A program made the translations under genes and the position numbers. Below are positions 19,380 through 28,851 of a stretch of 64,000 nucleotides of DNA, piece by piece. Position 1 is the stretch's first letter. The number at the start of each line of letters is the position of its first letter. The DNA comes from Nitrospinaceae bacterium. Its GTDB lineage: Bacteria > Nitrospinota > Nitrospinia > Nitrospinales > Nitrospinaceae. The notes below the pieces were generated by a model. The model was not told the origin of the DNA. It was given only the letters and a program-made list of their open reading frames with translations, and did not search any database. Location of the stretch: NCBI GenBank assembly GCA_024644405.1, contig JAHELC010000001.1:8854-72853 (forward strand), read 5' to 3'.

Positions 19380-20726
19380 TTACGGTTTTACCTGAACTTG
19401 CCCCGCAACGGGGTCCACGTTGTTAAATTTGAGAATTTTGTTCACCATGTCCCGGTCCAGCACCGTGCCTTTGCGAAGCAGATTGATGCCGGATTCGGAG
19501 TAGATATCCGAAGCCAGAATCATCCCCTCTTTCAAAGCAAACACGGAACAACTGACGGTTTTCTCGTCATCGCTCTGATGTTGGGACAACGCATAATCGG
19601 AAAGAAACGAAACCACATTTTCGTCGAACCAGGTGCCGTTGGACTGTTCCACCTTTTTTAAAACTTCCAAAATGGAACTGTCCGGATGAGCCACCATGTA
19701 GTGGTCGTAAAAACTGGCAACGGAAAGAATCCGCGATCCCACAGGAATCCCCTCCCCCACCAGGCCGTCGGGTTTTCCGGAGCCGTCGACATTTTCATGC
19801 ATGTGCCGGATGAGCTCGGCTACCGGTTCAAATCCGGCGAATCCTTTCAGAAGCATCTCTGCAACCATCGGGTGGCTGGTCACTGTCCGGCTTTTTCCTT
19901 CGTCCAGCGCTTCCTCCACGGTTTCGTCGCGTGGCAGACTGACGATTCCCAACTCATGCAACCGTGCGGCTGTTCTGAGATTTTCAATTGCGTCCTTGGG
20001 CACCCTCATTTTTTTAGCGATGAAAACCGCGATTTCCGCTACCCGTTCCGAGTGTCCGCGATGCTGAGATTGATTGAGTTCAATGATATTCGTGAGCAGT
20101 CCCACCGTGGAGTCGAACCGTTCGGCCAACTCCCTGTTCATGGAAGAAATCTGGCTATTTTGGGATTCCAACTTCGAATTCATTCGCATGATATCTTTAA
20201 GATTGTCGTTCAAACGGCGTTGATCTTCCTGAAGCTCGTCGTTCATCCCCGACATTTTTTCGTGAGCCTGCTTCAACCGGGTCAGAGAATCCTCCAATTC
20301 CTGGTTTTTACCAAGAACGGTTTGATTGAGATGGTCGATTCGAAGAATATAGTTGACGACAAAAAGCAGTTCGCCTTTTTTGATCGGCTTGATCAGGAAA
20401 GCGTCGGCACCGGTTTCCTTGGCCTGGATCGCATAATCCTCATTCTCATCGTAAGCAGACATCAAAATAACGGTGGCCTGGAACCCCGATTGACGGATTT
20501 TTCGGCAAAACTCAAAGCCATTGATGCCGGGCAAATTGATGTCGCTGATTACAATATCCGGATGCAGTTCATCCGCTTTTTTGAGTCCCTTCTCTCCGGA
20601 AGCGGCGTCATGAAATTCAATCAACTCCGGCCCGAGGGCGCTGTCCAGGATTTTTCCGACCACTTTAACCATAGCGGGATCATCATCCACAAACAGTAAT
20701 TTTTTTTTCGTGTCGTTGACGGTCAC
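19380..20726 (-). CDS. Response regulator (REC) with HD-GYP-type domain, signature motifs degenerate
   Basis: The REC domain is 'KLLFVDDDPAMV...VISDINLPGINGFEF...MSAY'. A coiled-coil linker follows. The HD-GYP-like domain carries 'HSERVAEIAVF', 'AARLHELG' (HE in place of HD) and 'HENVDGSGKPDGL' (GKP in place of GYP). Confidence 0.8.
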   Translation of the reverse strand: MTVNDTKKKLLFVDDDPAMVKVVGKILDSALGPELIEFHDAASGEKGLKKADELHPDIVISDINLPGINGFEFCRKIRQSGFQATVILMSAYDENEDYAIQAKETGADAFLIKPIKKGELLFVVNYILRIDHLNQTVLGKNQELEDSLTRLKQAHEKMSGMNDELQEDQRRLNDNLKDIMRMNSKLESQNSQISSMNRELAERFDSTVGLLTNIIELNQSQHRGHSERVAEIAVFIAKKMRVPKDAIENLRTAARLHELGIVSLPRDETVEEALDEGKSRTVTSHPMVAEMLLKGFAGFEPVAELIRHMHENVDGSGKPDGLVGEGIPVGSRILSVASFYDHYMVAHPDSSILEVLKKVEQSNGTWFDENVVSFLSDYALSQHQSDDEKTVSCSVFALKEGMILASDIYSESGINLLRKGTVLDRDMVNKILKFNNVDPVAGQVQVKP

Positions 20727-20924
20727 GGATGTTCACCGGATCGGTTGAGAGGACGTTGGACTTATGCTCACAGATGGTTGACGTCACCAACGCCTGCGGG
20801 TGTCGGCTCCAAAGCTTTCCATGGAACCGGGGGTACTTCCCGAGAATAAGTTCTATTCATTCAGAATAGGAAGTGACCTAAAGCATTGTCAAGTAAAAGT
20901 TTATCTGGCTTCGGGAGTCACGGG

Positions 20925-23336
20925 TCAGAAATCGTCTTCATCCTCTTTTTCAACTTCGACCAGGGGTAGAGTGGTGCACCGGATACTCACTCCGGGGTGT
21001 CTTTCGGCGGGATCAAAGGCGTTACGGAAATGGCATTTGGCGTTTACCAGATAATTGAGCCAGGATCCTCCGCGAACGATTTTCTGGGTGGTGAATTGGG
21101 AGGAATACAGCTGAACACACCATTCCCAGGCATTGCCGGCCATATCAAAGCATCCGTAGGGTGAAATCCCTTCTTCGAAATCCGTCACCGGGTTGGTGTG
21201 GCCGACCACGAAGTCGGCGGTATTGCAGTAACCGGTCTGGTACCCCATGGCTTCTCCCCAGGGGTAGTCGCGGCCATCGGTTCCACGCGAAGTTTTTTCC
21301 CATTCCGTTTCAGTCGGGAGCCGTAATCCCAACCACAACGCAAACACCGTGGCCTCGTAATAGTTGATGCCGATGACCGGTTGATCCTTGTTCCAAGAGT
21401 ACTTGGGATAACGGAGCTGGAACCGGGGATCGTACTGCTGGTACAGCTCGTTGGTGGCGAGGTATTTCATGATCGAAAATTCTTTCATGTCGATCTGGTC
21501 TTCCTCATCCTCTTCATCCTGGTAGATAAACTTTCCGGCCGGCACCGTGACCATCTCCGTCCATTTTTTAATAACTGCGGTGTCGACCGTTTTCGAATCA
21601 TTATGCTCATTCAAAAATCCCTGAAGGTCGGGCAACGCCAGTACGGCTTCAAAATTCTGGCTGTCGATGACTTCTTTCCAGTCGATCTTGTGAAGGGACA
21701 GCAACAGCTCGAGGACACCATAAAGTATTCTCGAGTCGCGCTTGTCCCGGTTGAGGAGGTTGCGAGCCAAGGTCTCGAGGCTGTTGCGGTCGTTTTGATC
21801 CAGCACCGCTGCCAGCCGCACCAACCGGTTTTTGGTAAACTGCGGTTGCGCTTCGGGACACTGGTATTTCAACAACTGGCCGACGATCAAACGGCGGTTT
21901 TCGGACACCGTTTCCATTTCCGCCAACACATGGCCCGCCAGGAACACCGCCCCTTCCTCCAGCAGGATGTCGACAAGGGTGTCCGGAGAAATGGAAGTGG
22001 TGCCCGCGAAAAACTGGAACAGATTCTGCCAGGAATCGTCGCGCCCGTGTTCCCGCAAAACCGGTTCCCACTCCGAGTCCCGGGCCAACGCCCGCCCCGC
22101 AAAATATTCCTGAAAGGAAGGATGACGAAACTCCCAGCGCGTGGGAGTTGTTTGGATCAACCGGTCAAAGGGAGCGCACACTCGACCGTCGGCATACAGC
22201 TTTTTGAGATGGGCGCCGCGGTCTTCAAAGATCTTCAATTCAAACCCCGTTTCCGCATCCTGCTGGCGTTGCCGATGGCCCTCCCGATACAAATGCAGGG
22301 AGATGTCTTCCAGAGTCTTCAGGCATTCCTGAACCTCCGCATCCGGTTTTATGGACTCCTTGCCGGCAAACGTTTCATCGATCCAGGCTCGGTACAATTG
22401 TGTCCGTGAGGTGACGTCTTCAAGTTTTTCGCAGTCCACCAACGACAGGATCATTTTCAAGAGCAGGGGATTTTGAAACAATTCCGGATAGAATAATTGA
22501 AACTTTTCCGCCTGGGGCTTGATCGAAGACGCAGGCAAAAAGTTCTTCCGTTGCAGGTCGCTGACGGGTTGAATGGCGACACGGAACGTTGAGTCCTGCC
22601 CCCGCTTGACGATTGAAGTGGTGGCAAAGGGTCCGAATCCGACCGGCCGGGCAGCGATCATCACAAAGTTATCGCGCAGGGCGTCGCCATCAACCACCAC
22701 GTCAAAATAAACCTGAAATCGGTCTTCCGGTATGAGCCGGTCAAACCCGTCGAGTAAAAAGAGAATCTGCCCGGTCAACACCAGACGATTAACAGTTCGC
22801 TCCAAAAGCGACTCCTCGATTTCCAGGTCCGGTTGCTCCTCCCGTTCCAGGAGAACCACGGCCATAACCTGCCGGTACAGCTCCGGGTAAAATTCGCGAA
22901 ACCCGGTGCCCTCCGGCAATTGCGACAGGTCAAAATAGACCGGCATGGGATATTCCCGGGTGGCTTCCGCCTGCAGGAGCCGCTCCAGATAAACCTGGAG
23001 AAAGGTGGTTTTTCCCATGCCCGAATCCGCTTCCAGCATGACTTTGGAGGTTTTGACATCGAGCAGGTTTTCGGTGACTTCACGGGGATTGTGGAACACC
23101 TGTTCCTGGAGGCTCTGACGATGCGTCACGGGATTCATATCGAGCAGAACCGGTTCAATATAAACCTCTTCTCCCCGGCCTTTGCCGAGAACGGCATCCA
23201 ATTCCGCCGTGATTTGCACGAGACGGTGCTTGCGGTAGGTGGCAATGACCCATTCCGGCGACTCCTCCGGCCGAACCTGGACCTCCGGAAGCTCCGCCTC
23301 CGGCCTTAAAATCGGTATATCCTTGCTTTCACTCAT
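20925..23336 (-). CDS. NACHT-type STAND NTPase with HEAT-like repeats and C-terminal FGE-sulfatase (SUMF1-like) domain
   Basis: 803 aa. Walker A is '[11 protein letters not shown]' and Walker B is '[11 protein letters not shown]'. '[12 protein letters not shown]' is NACHT-typical. The C-terminus has '[33 protein letters not shown]', 'YPWGE', 'GNAWEW' and 'RGGSW', which are FGE-sulfatase signatures. Confidence 0.78.
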   Translation of the reverse strand: MSESKDIPILRPEAELPEVQVRPEESPEWVIATYRKHRLVQITAELDAVLGKGRGEEVYIEPVLLDMNPVTHRQSLQEQVFHNPREVTENLLDVKTSKVMLEADSGMGKTTFLQVYLERLLQAEATREYPMPVYFDLSQLPEGTGFREFYPELYRQVMAVVLLEREEQPDLEIEESLLERTVNRLVLTGQILFLLDGFDRLIPEDRFQVYFDVVVDGDALRDNFVMIAARPVGFGPFATTSIVKRGQDSTFRVAIQPVSDLQRKNFLPASSIKPQAEKFQLFYPELFQNPLLLKMILSLVDCEKLEDVTSRTQLYRAWIDETFAGKESIKPDAEVQECLKTLEDISLHLYREGHRQRQQDAETGFELKIFEDRGAHLKKLYADGRVCAPFDRLIQTTPTRWEFRHPSFQEYFAGRALARDSEWEPVLREHGRDDSWQNLFQFFAGTTSISPDTLVDILLEEGAVFLAGHVLAEMETVSENRRLIVGQLLKYQCPEAQPQFTKNRLVRLAAVLDQNDRNSLETLARNLLNRDKRDSRILYGVLELLLSLHKIDWKEVIDSQNFEAVLALPDLQGFLNEHNDSKTVDTAVIKKWTEMVTVPAGKFIYQDEEDEEDQIDMKEFSIMKYLATNELYQQYDPRFQLRYPKYSWNKDQPVIGINYYEATVFALWLGLRLPTETEWEKTSRGTDGRDYPWGEAMGYQTGYCNTADFVVGHTNPVTDFEEGISPYGCFDMAGNAWEWCVQLYSSQFTTQKIVRGGSWLNYLVNAKCHFRNAFDPAERHPGVSIRCTTLPLVEVEKEDEDDF

Positions 23337-23413
23337 GCGGTTTTTTTCATATAATCGATTCAGGAATTACCTCAGAGTCTATCATATTCACCCTTGCAAC
23401 CCGATAAAAACAC

Positions 23414-24082
23414 GTGTTTTTCCCATTTCACGACGAAAACCCAACCCGGGATTTCCCCCTGTTCACGATTGTGCTGATCGGGGCGAATATCTTCGTATTT
23501 TTCTGGGGGTTTTCCTATCCCGGCCATATCGCCTCGCTGTTCACCAGCTACGGCCTGGTTCCCTATAATTTTGTCCAATCCCCGATTCAGACGTATCCCA
23601 ACGTTTTTTCCGCCATGTTCCTGCATGCCGGACTTTTTCACCTGGCGGGCAATATGCTCTTCCTGTGGATTTTCGGGAATAACATTGAGGACGTCCTGGG
23701 CAAAATCCGGTTCATCACCTTTTACCTGCTGTGCGGGGTGATTGCGGCCATGTGCCACGTCTTCATGGATACCGGATCGGTGATTCCCATGGTCGGCGCC
23801 AGCGGCGCCATTGCAGGAGTCCTCGGCGCCTACTTGGTGCTGTTTCCCAAGGCCAAGGTAAAAACGCTGGTGTTTCTCGGCATCCTGATCACTATCGTTC
23901 GCATACCGGCGGCGTTCCTGCTGGTCTTCTGGCTGGGGATACAAATCTACAGCAACCTTGCCATGAGCAATCAAGGCGGGGGAGTGGCGTGGATGGCCCA
24001 CATCGGGGGCTTCGTGGCGGGAATGATTCTGATCCTACCCTTCAAGGCCTCCCTCAAACCGCCGAGACCCAGAGTCGTCTAA
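23414..24082 (+). CDS. Rhomboid family intramembrane serine protease
   Basis: 222 aa with a GTG start. 'FLHAGLFHLAGNMLFLWIFG' is the HxxxN motif. 'GASGAIAGVLGAY' is the catalytic GxSG. 'MAHIGGFVAGM' holds the catalytic His. Confidence 0.86.
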   Translation: MFFPFHDENPTRDFPLFTIVLIGANIFVFFWGFSYPGHIASLFTSYGLVPYNFVQSPIQTYPNVFSAMFLHAGLFHLAGNMLFLWIFGNNIEDVLGKIRFITFYLLCGVIAAMCHVFMDTGSVIPMVGASGAIAGVLGAYLVLFPKAKVKTLVFLGILITIVRIPAAFLLVFWLGIQIYSNLAMSNQGGGVAWMAHIGGFVAGMILILPFKASLKPPRPRVV

Positions 24083-24264
24083 ACCGTGAACATGGAAACC
24101 AGGAGCACGATGATCAGGATCACAAAAAAGATCCACATCGCCATGAAAACGCCACCGCCAAAACGCGGGTAATTGGGAATTGGAACAGGGGTGCCGCAGT
24201 GCGGACACTGTTCCAATTGATGGTCAAACTCCCTTTGGCATTGGGTACACCGAATCGTTTCCAT
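24079..24264 (-). CDS. Small zinc-ribbon membrane protein (hypothetical)
   Basis: 61 aa. It has 'CTQC...CPHC' (two CxxC pairs) followed by one hydrophobic helix, 'VFMAMWIFFVILIIVLLVSMF'. It lies 48 nt downstream of cinA on the same strand. I see no strong SD sequence. Confidence 0.45.
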   Translation of the reverse strand: METIRCTQCQREFDHQLEQCPHCGTPVPIPNYPRFGGGVFMAMWIFFVILIIVLLVSMFTV

Positions 24265-24312
24265 AATTAAAAGGGTAACACGGTTATGCGCTGACCGACA
24301 GAGGGGTTGCCG

Positions 24313-25575
24313 TTACGATTCATCCAGTAGGTACAGGCGGAGGAGATTCAACGCCGCCTGGGCCGCGCGCTCCTTGTTGCGAACCCGGTCCTGATGAAAC
24401 CGGAATTTCTCGCAATAGGTTCCCCGCGTTCCGGTCACGGCAATATAAGTGAGCCCGACGGGCTTGCTGGGAGTGCCGCCGGTGGGGCCGGCAATACCCG
24501 TCACCGCCAACCCGAAATCACTCCCGGATTTTTGGCGGATTCCCTCGGCCATCACCGTGGCCACCTCCTCGCTGACCGCACCGTGAGCTTCGATCCACGC
24601 CGGGTCCACTCCGAGACGCATTTGCTTCGCTTCATTGCTATACGTCACCGCCCCTTCCAGAAAATATGCCGAACTGCCTGAGATGTTGGTTAACCGGTGT
24701 CCGATCAATCCGCCGGTGCAGGATTCCGCCACGGCGAGGGTCCAGTTATTTTTCACCAACAGTTTTCCGATATTGCCTTCCAGGGTTTCGTCGTCGATCG
24801 CGAAAATGTGGTGATCGATCTTCTGCCGCAACAGTTTTTCAGCGGCATCCAGTTTAGCAGTGGTTTCTTTCAGGTTTTTACCGGTTGCGGTAAAACGTAT
24901 TCGAACCCCCAGGAGTGATGGCAGGGAAGCGACCTTCACGTGTTCCTCAAAGGGAGCCACCGGACCGATTTCCTCCCACAGTGCGGATTCGGGAATGCCG
25001 GTGGTTTTTAAAATCCGGTGCTTTACTTTTACAGCTCCCAACGTCTCCAGGTGCGGGACAACGTAGGTTTCCAGCAGATGTTCGGCTTCCAGCGGAACAC
25101 CAGGCAGGGAATAGATGCGTTTACCATTTATCTCAAACAGGAGACCCGGCGCGGTCCCTTGGGTGTTGTAAAGAATCGCGGCCTTCTCTGGAACCTCCGC
25201 CTGGATGTAGGAGGCTTGAGGGGTTTCTCTTCCGCGCGACTGGAATATAATATCGATCCTGCTCTTGACCTCGTTATTTGTCACCAGTCCCGAATCGAAA
25301 AACCGGCACAGCACCTTTTTGGTGATGTCATCATGAGTGGGGCCCAGTCCACCGGTAAGGATCACGCAATCGACCCTCGCCAGCGCCTGCTTTAGGGCTT
25401 CGGTAATTGCCGCTTCATCATCGCCCACCGAGACATGCCGGGTCACGGGAATTCCCAAATTATCGAGACGCCGTGTGATAACGCCGGAATTGGTATCTGC
25501 GACCAAACCGGTAATAATCTCGTTACCGATGGTCAGAATTTCAACTTGATAGGGGGAAGGTTTCATTCCTGGCAA
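24313..25575 (-). CDS. cinA: CinA family protein (MoCF-binding domain + nicotinamide-nucleotide amidohydrolase PncC domain)
   Basis: 420 aa. 'VEILTIGNEIITGLVADTNS' and 'TGGLGPTHDDITK' mark the MoCF domain. 'AESCTGGLIG' and 'GIAGPTGG' mark the PncC/CinA C-terminal domain. Confidence 0.9.
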   Translation of the reverse strand: MPGMKPSPYQVEILTIGNEIITGLVADTNSGVITRRLDNLGIPVTRHVSVGDDEAAITEALKQALARVDCVILTGGLGPTHDDITKKVLCRFFDSGLVTNNEVKSRIDIIFQSRGRETPQASYIQAEVPEKAAILYNTQGTAPGLLFEINGKRIYSLPGVPLEAEHLLETYVVPHLETLGAVKVKHRILKTTGIPESALWEEIGPVAPFEEHVKVASLPSLLGVRIRFTATGKNLKETTAKLDAAEKLLRQKIDHHIFAIDDETLEGNIGKLLVKNNWTLAVAESCTGGLIGHRLTNISGSSAYFLEGAVTYSNEAKQMRLGVDPAWIEAHGAVSEEVATVMAEGIRQKSGSDFGLAVTGIAGPTGGTPSKPVGLTYIAVTGTRGTYCEKFRFHQDRVRNKERAAQAALNLLRLYLLDES

Positions 25576-25741
25576 TCCAAATGATCAATCCGTGCCACCG
25601 GCGTCTGCTTTTTCATAGACCCCTGCACTCCAATGTTATAACCTTGATCACAATTTAAAACAACACGCATCGGGATCCTGCAGGTTTTTGCAGCTGTCAT
25701 GACCTTTGCCAACCGTGCCGAATTTCCTAATTCACCCTGCT

Positions 25742-26989
25742 ATGGATGACTACACAAAATTAACCCCCGAGGACCTGACCCAAAAAACATTCCGGTGGGA
25801 TCTGGTGCGCGGCCTGTTCCGTGGCGTCCTGGTTTCAGGCACGCAGACCTTTGCGCTGTTCATTGCCATCCGTTATTTTCACGCCGAACTGTTCTCCAAG
25901 TCTCTGATTGGTTCCGCTCCTTATATTGGAATGATTTTTTCACTAATACTGTTTCATTACGCGGCGACGACGGAATTGAAAAAATCCGTATGCGCAAGTC
26001 TGCCCGTTATCATATGCGGATTTCTCCTGGTCCTTTCCACCGCATCCGACTCCATTTGGCCTTACACCCTGTTTGTCGTATCCGCATTAATACTGTTGAA
26101 TGCCATCGATCCCTTCCTGACCTCCATGTACAATGACAACTATCCAACAAACCGGCGTGGCGTGCTTTACTCCAAGGTGGTCGTGGCAATGGTTCTGACT
26201 TCCGCTTTATCCGGATACTTCGGCTCTTCATTGATGGACGAGGACCCTGAGTTTTATCGGTGGGTTCTACTCATTATGGGCCTGGCCGGCTTTGGATGTG
26301 CCTTTGCTCTCTGGCACTTTCCGTCACATCAAATTGAGGTCCACAACCACACCAATCCATTCACTCATTTGAAAGTGGTATTGGAGGACCGCTCCTTCGG
26401 TTATGTTTTACTGACGTGGTTTATCATGGGGTTCGCCAGCCTGTGGGTACTCCCCCTGAGAGTCGATTATCTCACCTCGAGCATCTACGGCATCGAAGGG
26501 TCTGCAGTACTCGTCGCTACCCTCGTCACCATTATTCCGGAACTCATGAAAGCCTTTTCAGCGCCGCTGTTGGCGCAGTTGTTCGACCGCCTGAACTTCA
26601 TTCACCTCCGGATGATCATCAATATTGTTTTCGGCTGCGGCATTGCAATTTTCTTTCTGACCAGGGACCCTTTTGTCATCGCAATCGGATCGGTCCTGAT
26701 CGGTATCGCCTTTGGCGGCGGTTCGGTGGCGTGGGGCTTATGGGTCACCAAGTACGCGCCACCGGGAAAAGTCGGAGCTTACATGTCGGTCCACGTCTTC
26801 TTGACAGGAGTGCGCGGCACTCTGGGTCCGCTGATCGGATTCTGGACGGTGCGGCATATCGGGCCGACCGCCATCGGTATGGTTTCATTGAGCCTGATGA
26901 TTTTGGCGACGCTGATGCTCATTCCCGAAATCAAGCACGGCCGTGGGAAAACTATCCCCGTCTCCCAGGTGCCTGTGCCTCCAAGATGA
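25742..26989 (+). CDS. MFS-like multi-pass membrane transporter, tandem paralog A
   Basis: About 415 aa with roughly 12 hydrophobic segments. I set the start at ATG 25742 (MDDYTKL) rather than the TTG at 25706. It is about 70% identical by eye, without gaps, to the next gene. Confidence 0.7.
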   Translation: MDDYTKLTPEDLTQKTFRWDLVRGLFRGVLVSGTQTFALFIAIRYFHAELFSKSLIGSAPYIGMIFSLILFHYAATTELKKSVCASLPVIICGFLLVLSTASDSIWPYTLFVVSALILLNAIDPFLTSMYNDNYPTNRRGVLYSKVVVAMVLTSALSGYFGSSLMDEDPEFYRWVLLIMGLAGFGCAFALWHFPSHQIEVHNHTNPFTHLKVVLEDRSFGYVLLTWFIMGFASLWVLPLRVDYLTSSIYGIEGSAVLVATLVTIIPELMKAFSAPLLAQLFDRLNFIHLRMIINIVFGCGIAIFFLTRDPFVIAIGSVLIGIAFGGGSVAWGLWVTKYAPPGKVGAYMSVHVFLTGVRGTLGPLIGFWTVRHIGPTAIGMVSLSLMILATLMLIPEIKHGRGKTIPVSQVPVPPR

Positions 26990-28224
26990 CTGATTCCTCA
27001 CACTTGACGCCAGAAGTCCTGGCCCAAAAAACATTTCGATGGGACCTGCTCCGTGGATTTTTCCGAGGTATGATCACGTCCGGCACCCAAACCTTTGGTT
27101 TGTTCATCGCCATCCGCTATTTTAACGCCGACCTGTTATCCAAATCACTGATCGGCTCGGCGCCTTTTATGGGAATGCTCTTTTCGTTGTTCCTGTTTCA
27201 TTATGCGGCCCTGACGGATTTAAGAAAGTCGATTTGCGGCAGTCTCCCGATGATCTTGTCCGGGTCTCTCCTGATCCTGGCGGCAAGCACCCACTCCCTG
27301 TGGTCTTACACCTTGTGCGTTGTCCTGGGGTTCATGATGCTGACAGCAATCATTCCTTTTCTGACGTCGATTTATCATGACAATTACCCGGCCCATCGGC
27401 GCGGAGCTTTTTACTCCAAAGCGGTGCTTGTCACTGTATTGGTATCCATCCTCTCAGGATACGTCGGTTCCTCGCTGATGGATCAAGACCCGGAGTTTTA
27501 CCGGTGGGTTTTGATCGCCCTGGGCGTGGCGGGTCTCGGAAAAGCTTACGCCATCTGGCACATGCCCTCGGATAAAATCGAAGACCACAACCACACCAAT
27601 CCGTTCAATCACATGAGACTGGTGTGGGAGGACCGCTCCTTCGGCTATGTCCTGCTGACCTGGTTCATCATGGGATTTGCCAACCTGTGGGTGTTGCCCC
27701 TGCGCGTCGATTACCTCACTTCGAGCACCTATGGTATCGAAGGGTCTGCATTATTCGTCGCCACCATTATCACCATCGTTCCCGATCTCATGCGGGCTTT
27801 TTCAGCACCGTTGCTGGCAAAGCTGTTCGACCGCATAAACTTTGTCGTCCTGCGCATGATCATCAACATCATCTTTGCGCTCGGGGTCGGTCTGTTCTTT
27901 CTAACCAGGGACCCCTGGGTGATCGGCCTCGCTTCGGCCTTGATCGGCATTGCCTTCGGCGGCGGCACGGTGGCGTGGAGCCTGTGGGTCACCAAGTACG
28001 CACCCCCCGGAAAAGTGGGGGCCTATATGTCGGTCCACGTCTTCCTGACCGGAGTGCGCGGCACCCTGGGTCCACTGATCGGGTTCTGGACCGTGCAACA
28101 CATCGGGCCGTCGGCTATCGGGATGGTTTCGTTTGCCATGATGATAGTGGCAACATTGATGCTTATTCCCGAAATCAAGCACGGGCGGGGGAAGCATATC
28201 CCGTCCTCCCAGGTGATTCCCTAA
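26986..28224 (+). CDS. MFS-like multi-pass membrane transporter, tandem paralog B
   Basis: The start ATG at 26986 overlaps the stop of paralog A (ATGA). The protein begins MTDSSHLTPEVLAQKTFRWDLLRGFF, parallel to paralog A's LTPEDLTQKTFRWDLVRGLF. The track ORF from 26416 is an out-of-frame read-through extension. Confidence 0.7.
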   Translation: MTDSSHLTPEVLAQKTFRWDLLRGFFRGMITSGTQTFGLFIAIRYFNADLLSKSLIGSAPFMGMLFSLFLFHYAALTDLRKSICGSLPMILSGSLLILAASTHSLWSYTLCVVLGFMMLTAIIPFLTSIYHDNYPAHRRGAFYSKAVLVTVLVSILSGYVGSSLMDQDPEFYRWVLIALGVAGLGKAYAIWHMPSDKIEDHNHTNPFNHMRLVWEDRSFGYVLLTWFIMGFANLWVLPLRVDYLTSSTYGIEGSALFVATIITIVPDLMRAFSAPLLAKLFDRINFVVLRMIINIIFALGVGLFFLTRDPWVIGLASALIGIAFGGGTVAWSLWVTKYAPPGKVGAYMSVHVFLTGVRGTLGPLIGFWTVQHIGPSAIGMVSFAMMIVATLMLIPEIKHGRGKHIPSSQVIP

Positions 28225-28326
28225 CATGAGGGTGAAACCGAATCAGACATTGCTTGATATCATCCTGTAAAATTGCTATAAATCAAAATTCCTAAAAATG
28301 GTATCTCGATCATAAAGGAGAGCGTT

Positions 28327-28851
28327 TTGGCCACTTCCAAAAAGAAAACTGTAAAGCCTCTGGTTGGAATCGTGATGGGCAGCGATTCGGATTATGCCAT
28401 CATGAGTGAGGCGTCAAAAATTCTGGATCAATTCGGAGTTGAAAATGAGGTTCTGGTAACCTCCGCGCACCGCACCCCGGCTCGAACCAGAAAATATGTC
28501 GATCAGGCCCGCAAACGAGGCATCAAGGTATTGATCGCCGGCGCGGGCGCCGCCGCCCACCTGGCCGGCGTCATCGCCGCGGAAACGATTTTGCCGGTCA
28601 TCGGCGTGCCCATCGGTTCCAGTCCTTTGCAGGGATTCGATTCTCTTTTATCCACGGCACAAATGCCGGGAGGCGTTTCCGTCGCCACCATGGCCATCGG
28701 CAAAGCCGGAGCGAAAAACGCGGGAATCCTGGCCGTTCAAATGCTGGCCTTGAGCGATGCCCGGCTGAGCAAAAAACTGGACCAGTACAAAGAGGATATG
28801 GCCAAACAGGTGGAAGCGAAAAGCCGGAAGCTCGAAGCTGAACATGGCTAA
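28327..28851 (+). CDS. purE: 5-(carboxyamino)imidazole ribonucleotide mutase
   Basis: 174 aa with a TTG start preceded by AAGGAG. 'VGIVMGSDSDYAIM', 'SAHRTP' and 'AGAGAAAHLAG' are PurE signatures. Confidence 0.92.
   Translation: MATSKKKTVKPLVGIVMGSDSDYAIMSEASKILDQFGVENEVLVTSAHRTPARTRKYVDQARKRGIKVLIAGAGAAAHLAGVIAAETILPVIGVPIGSSPLQGFDSLLSTAQMPGGVSVATMAIGKAGAKNAGILAVQMLALSDARLSKKLDQYKEDMAKQVEAKSRKLEAEHG

Noticed and set aside
26416-26985. 5' extension that makes the second transporter gene a 602-aa ORF
   Set aside because: The extension lies in a different frame over the 3' third of paralog A and translates to Arg/Pro/His-rich sequence. Similarity between the paralogs begins exactly at the ATG at 26986, which overlaps the stop of paralog A.
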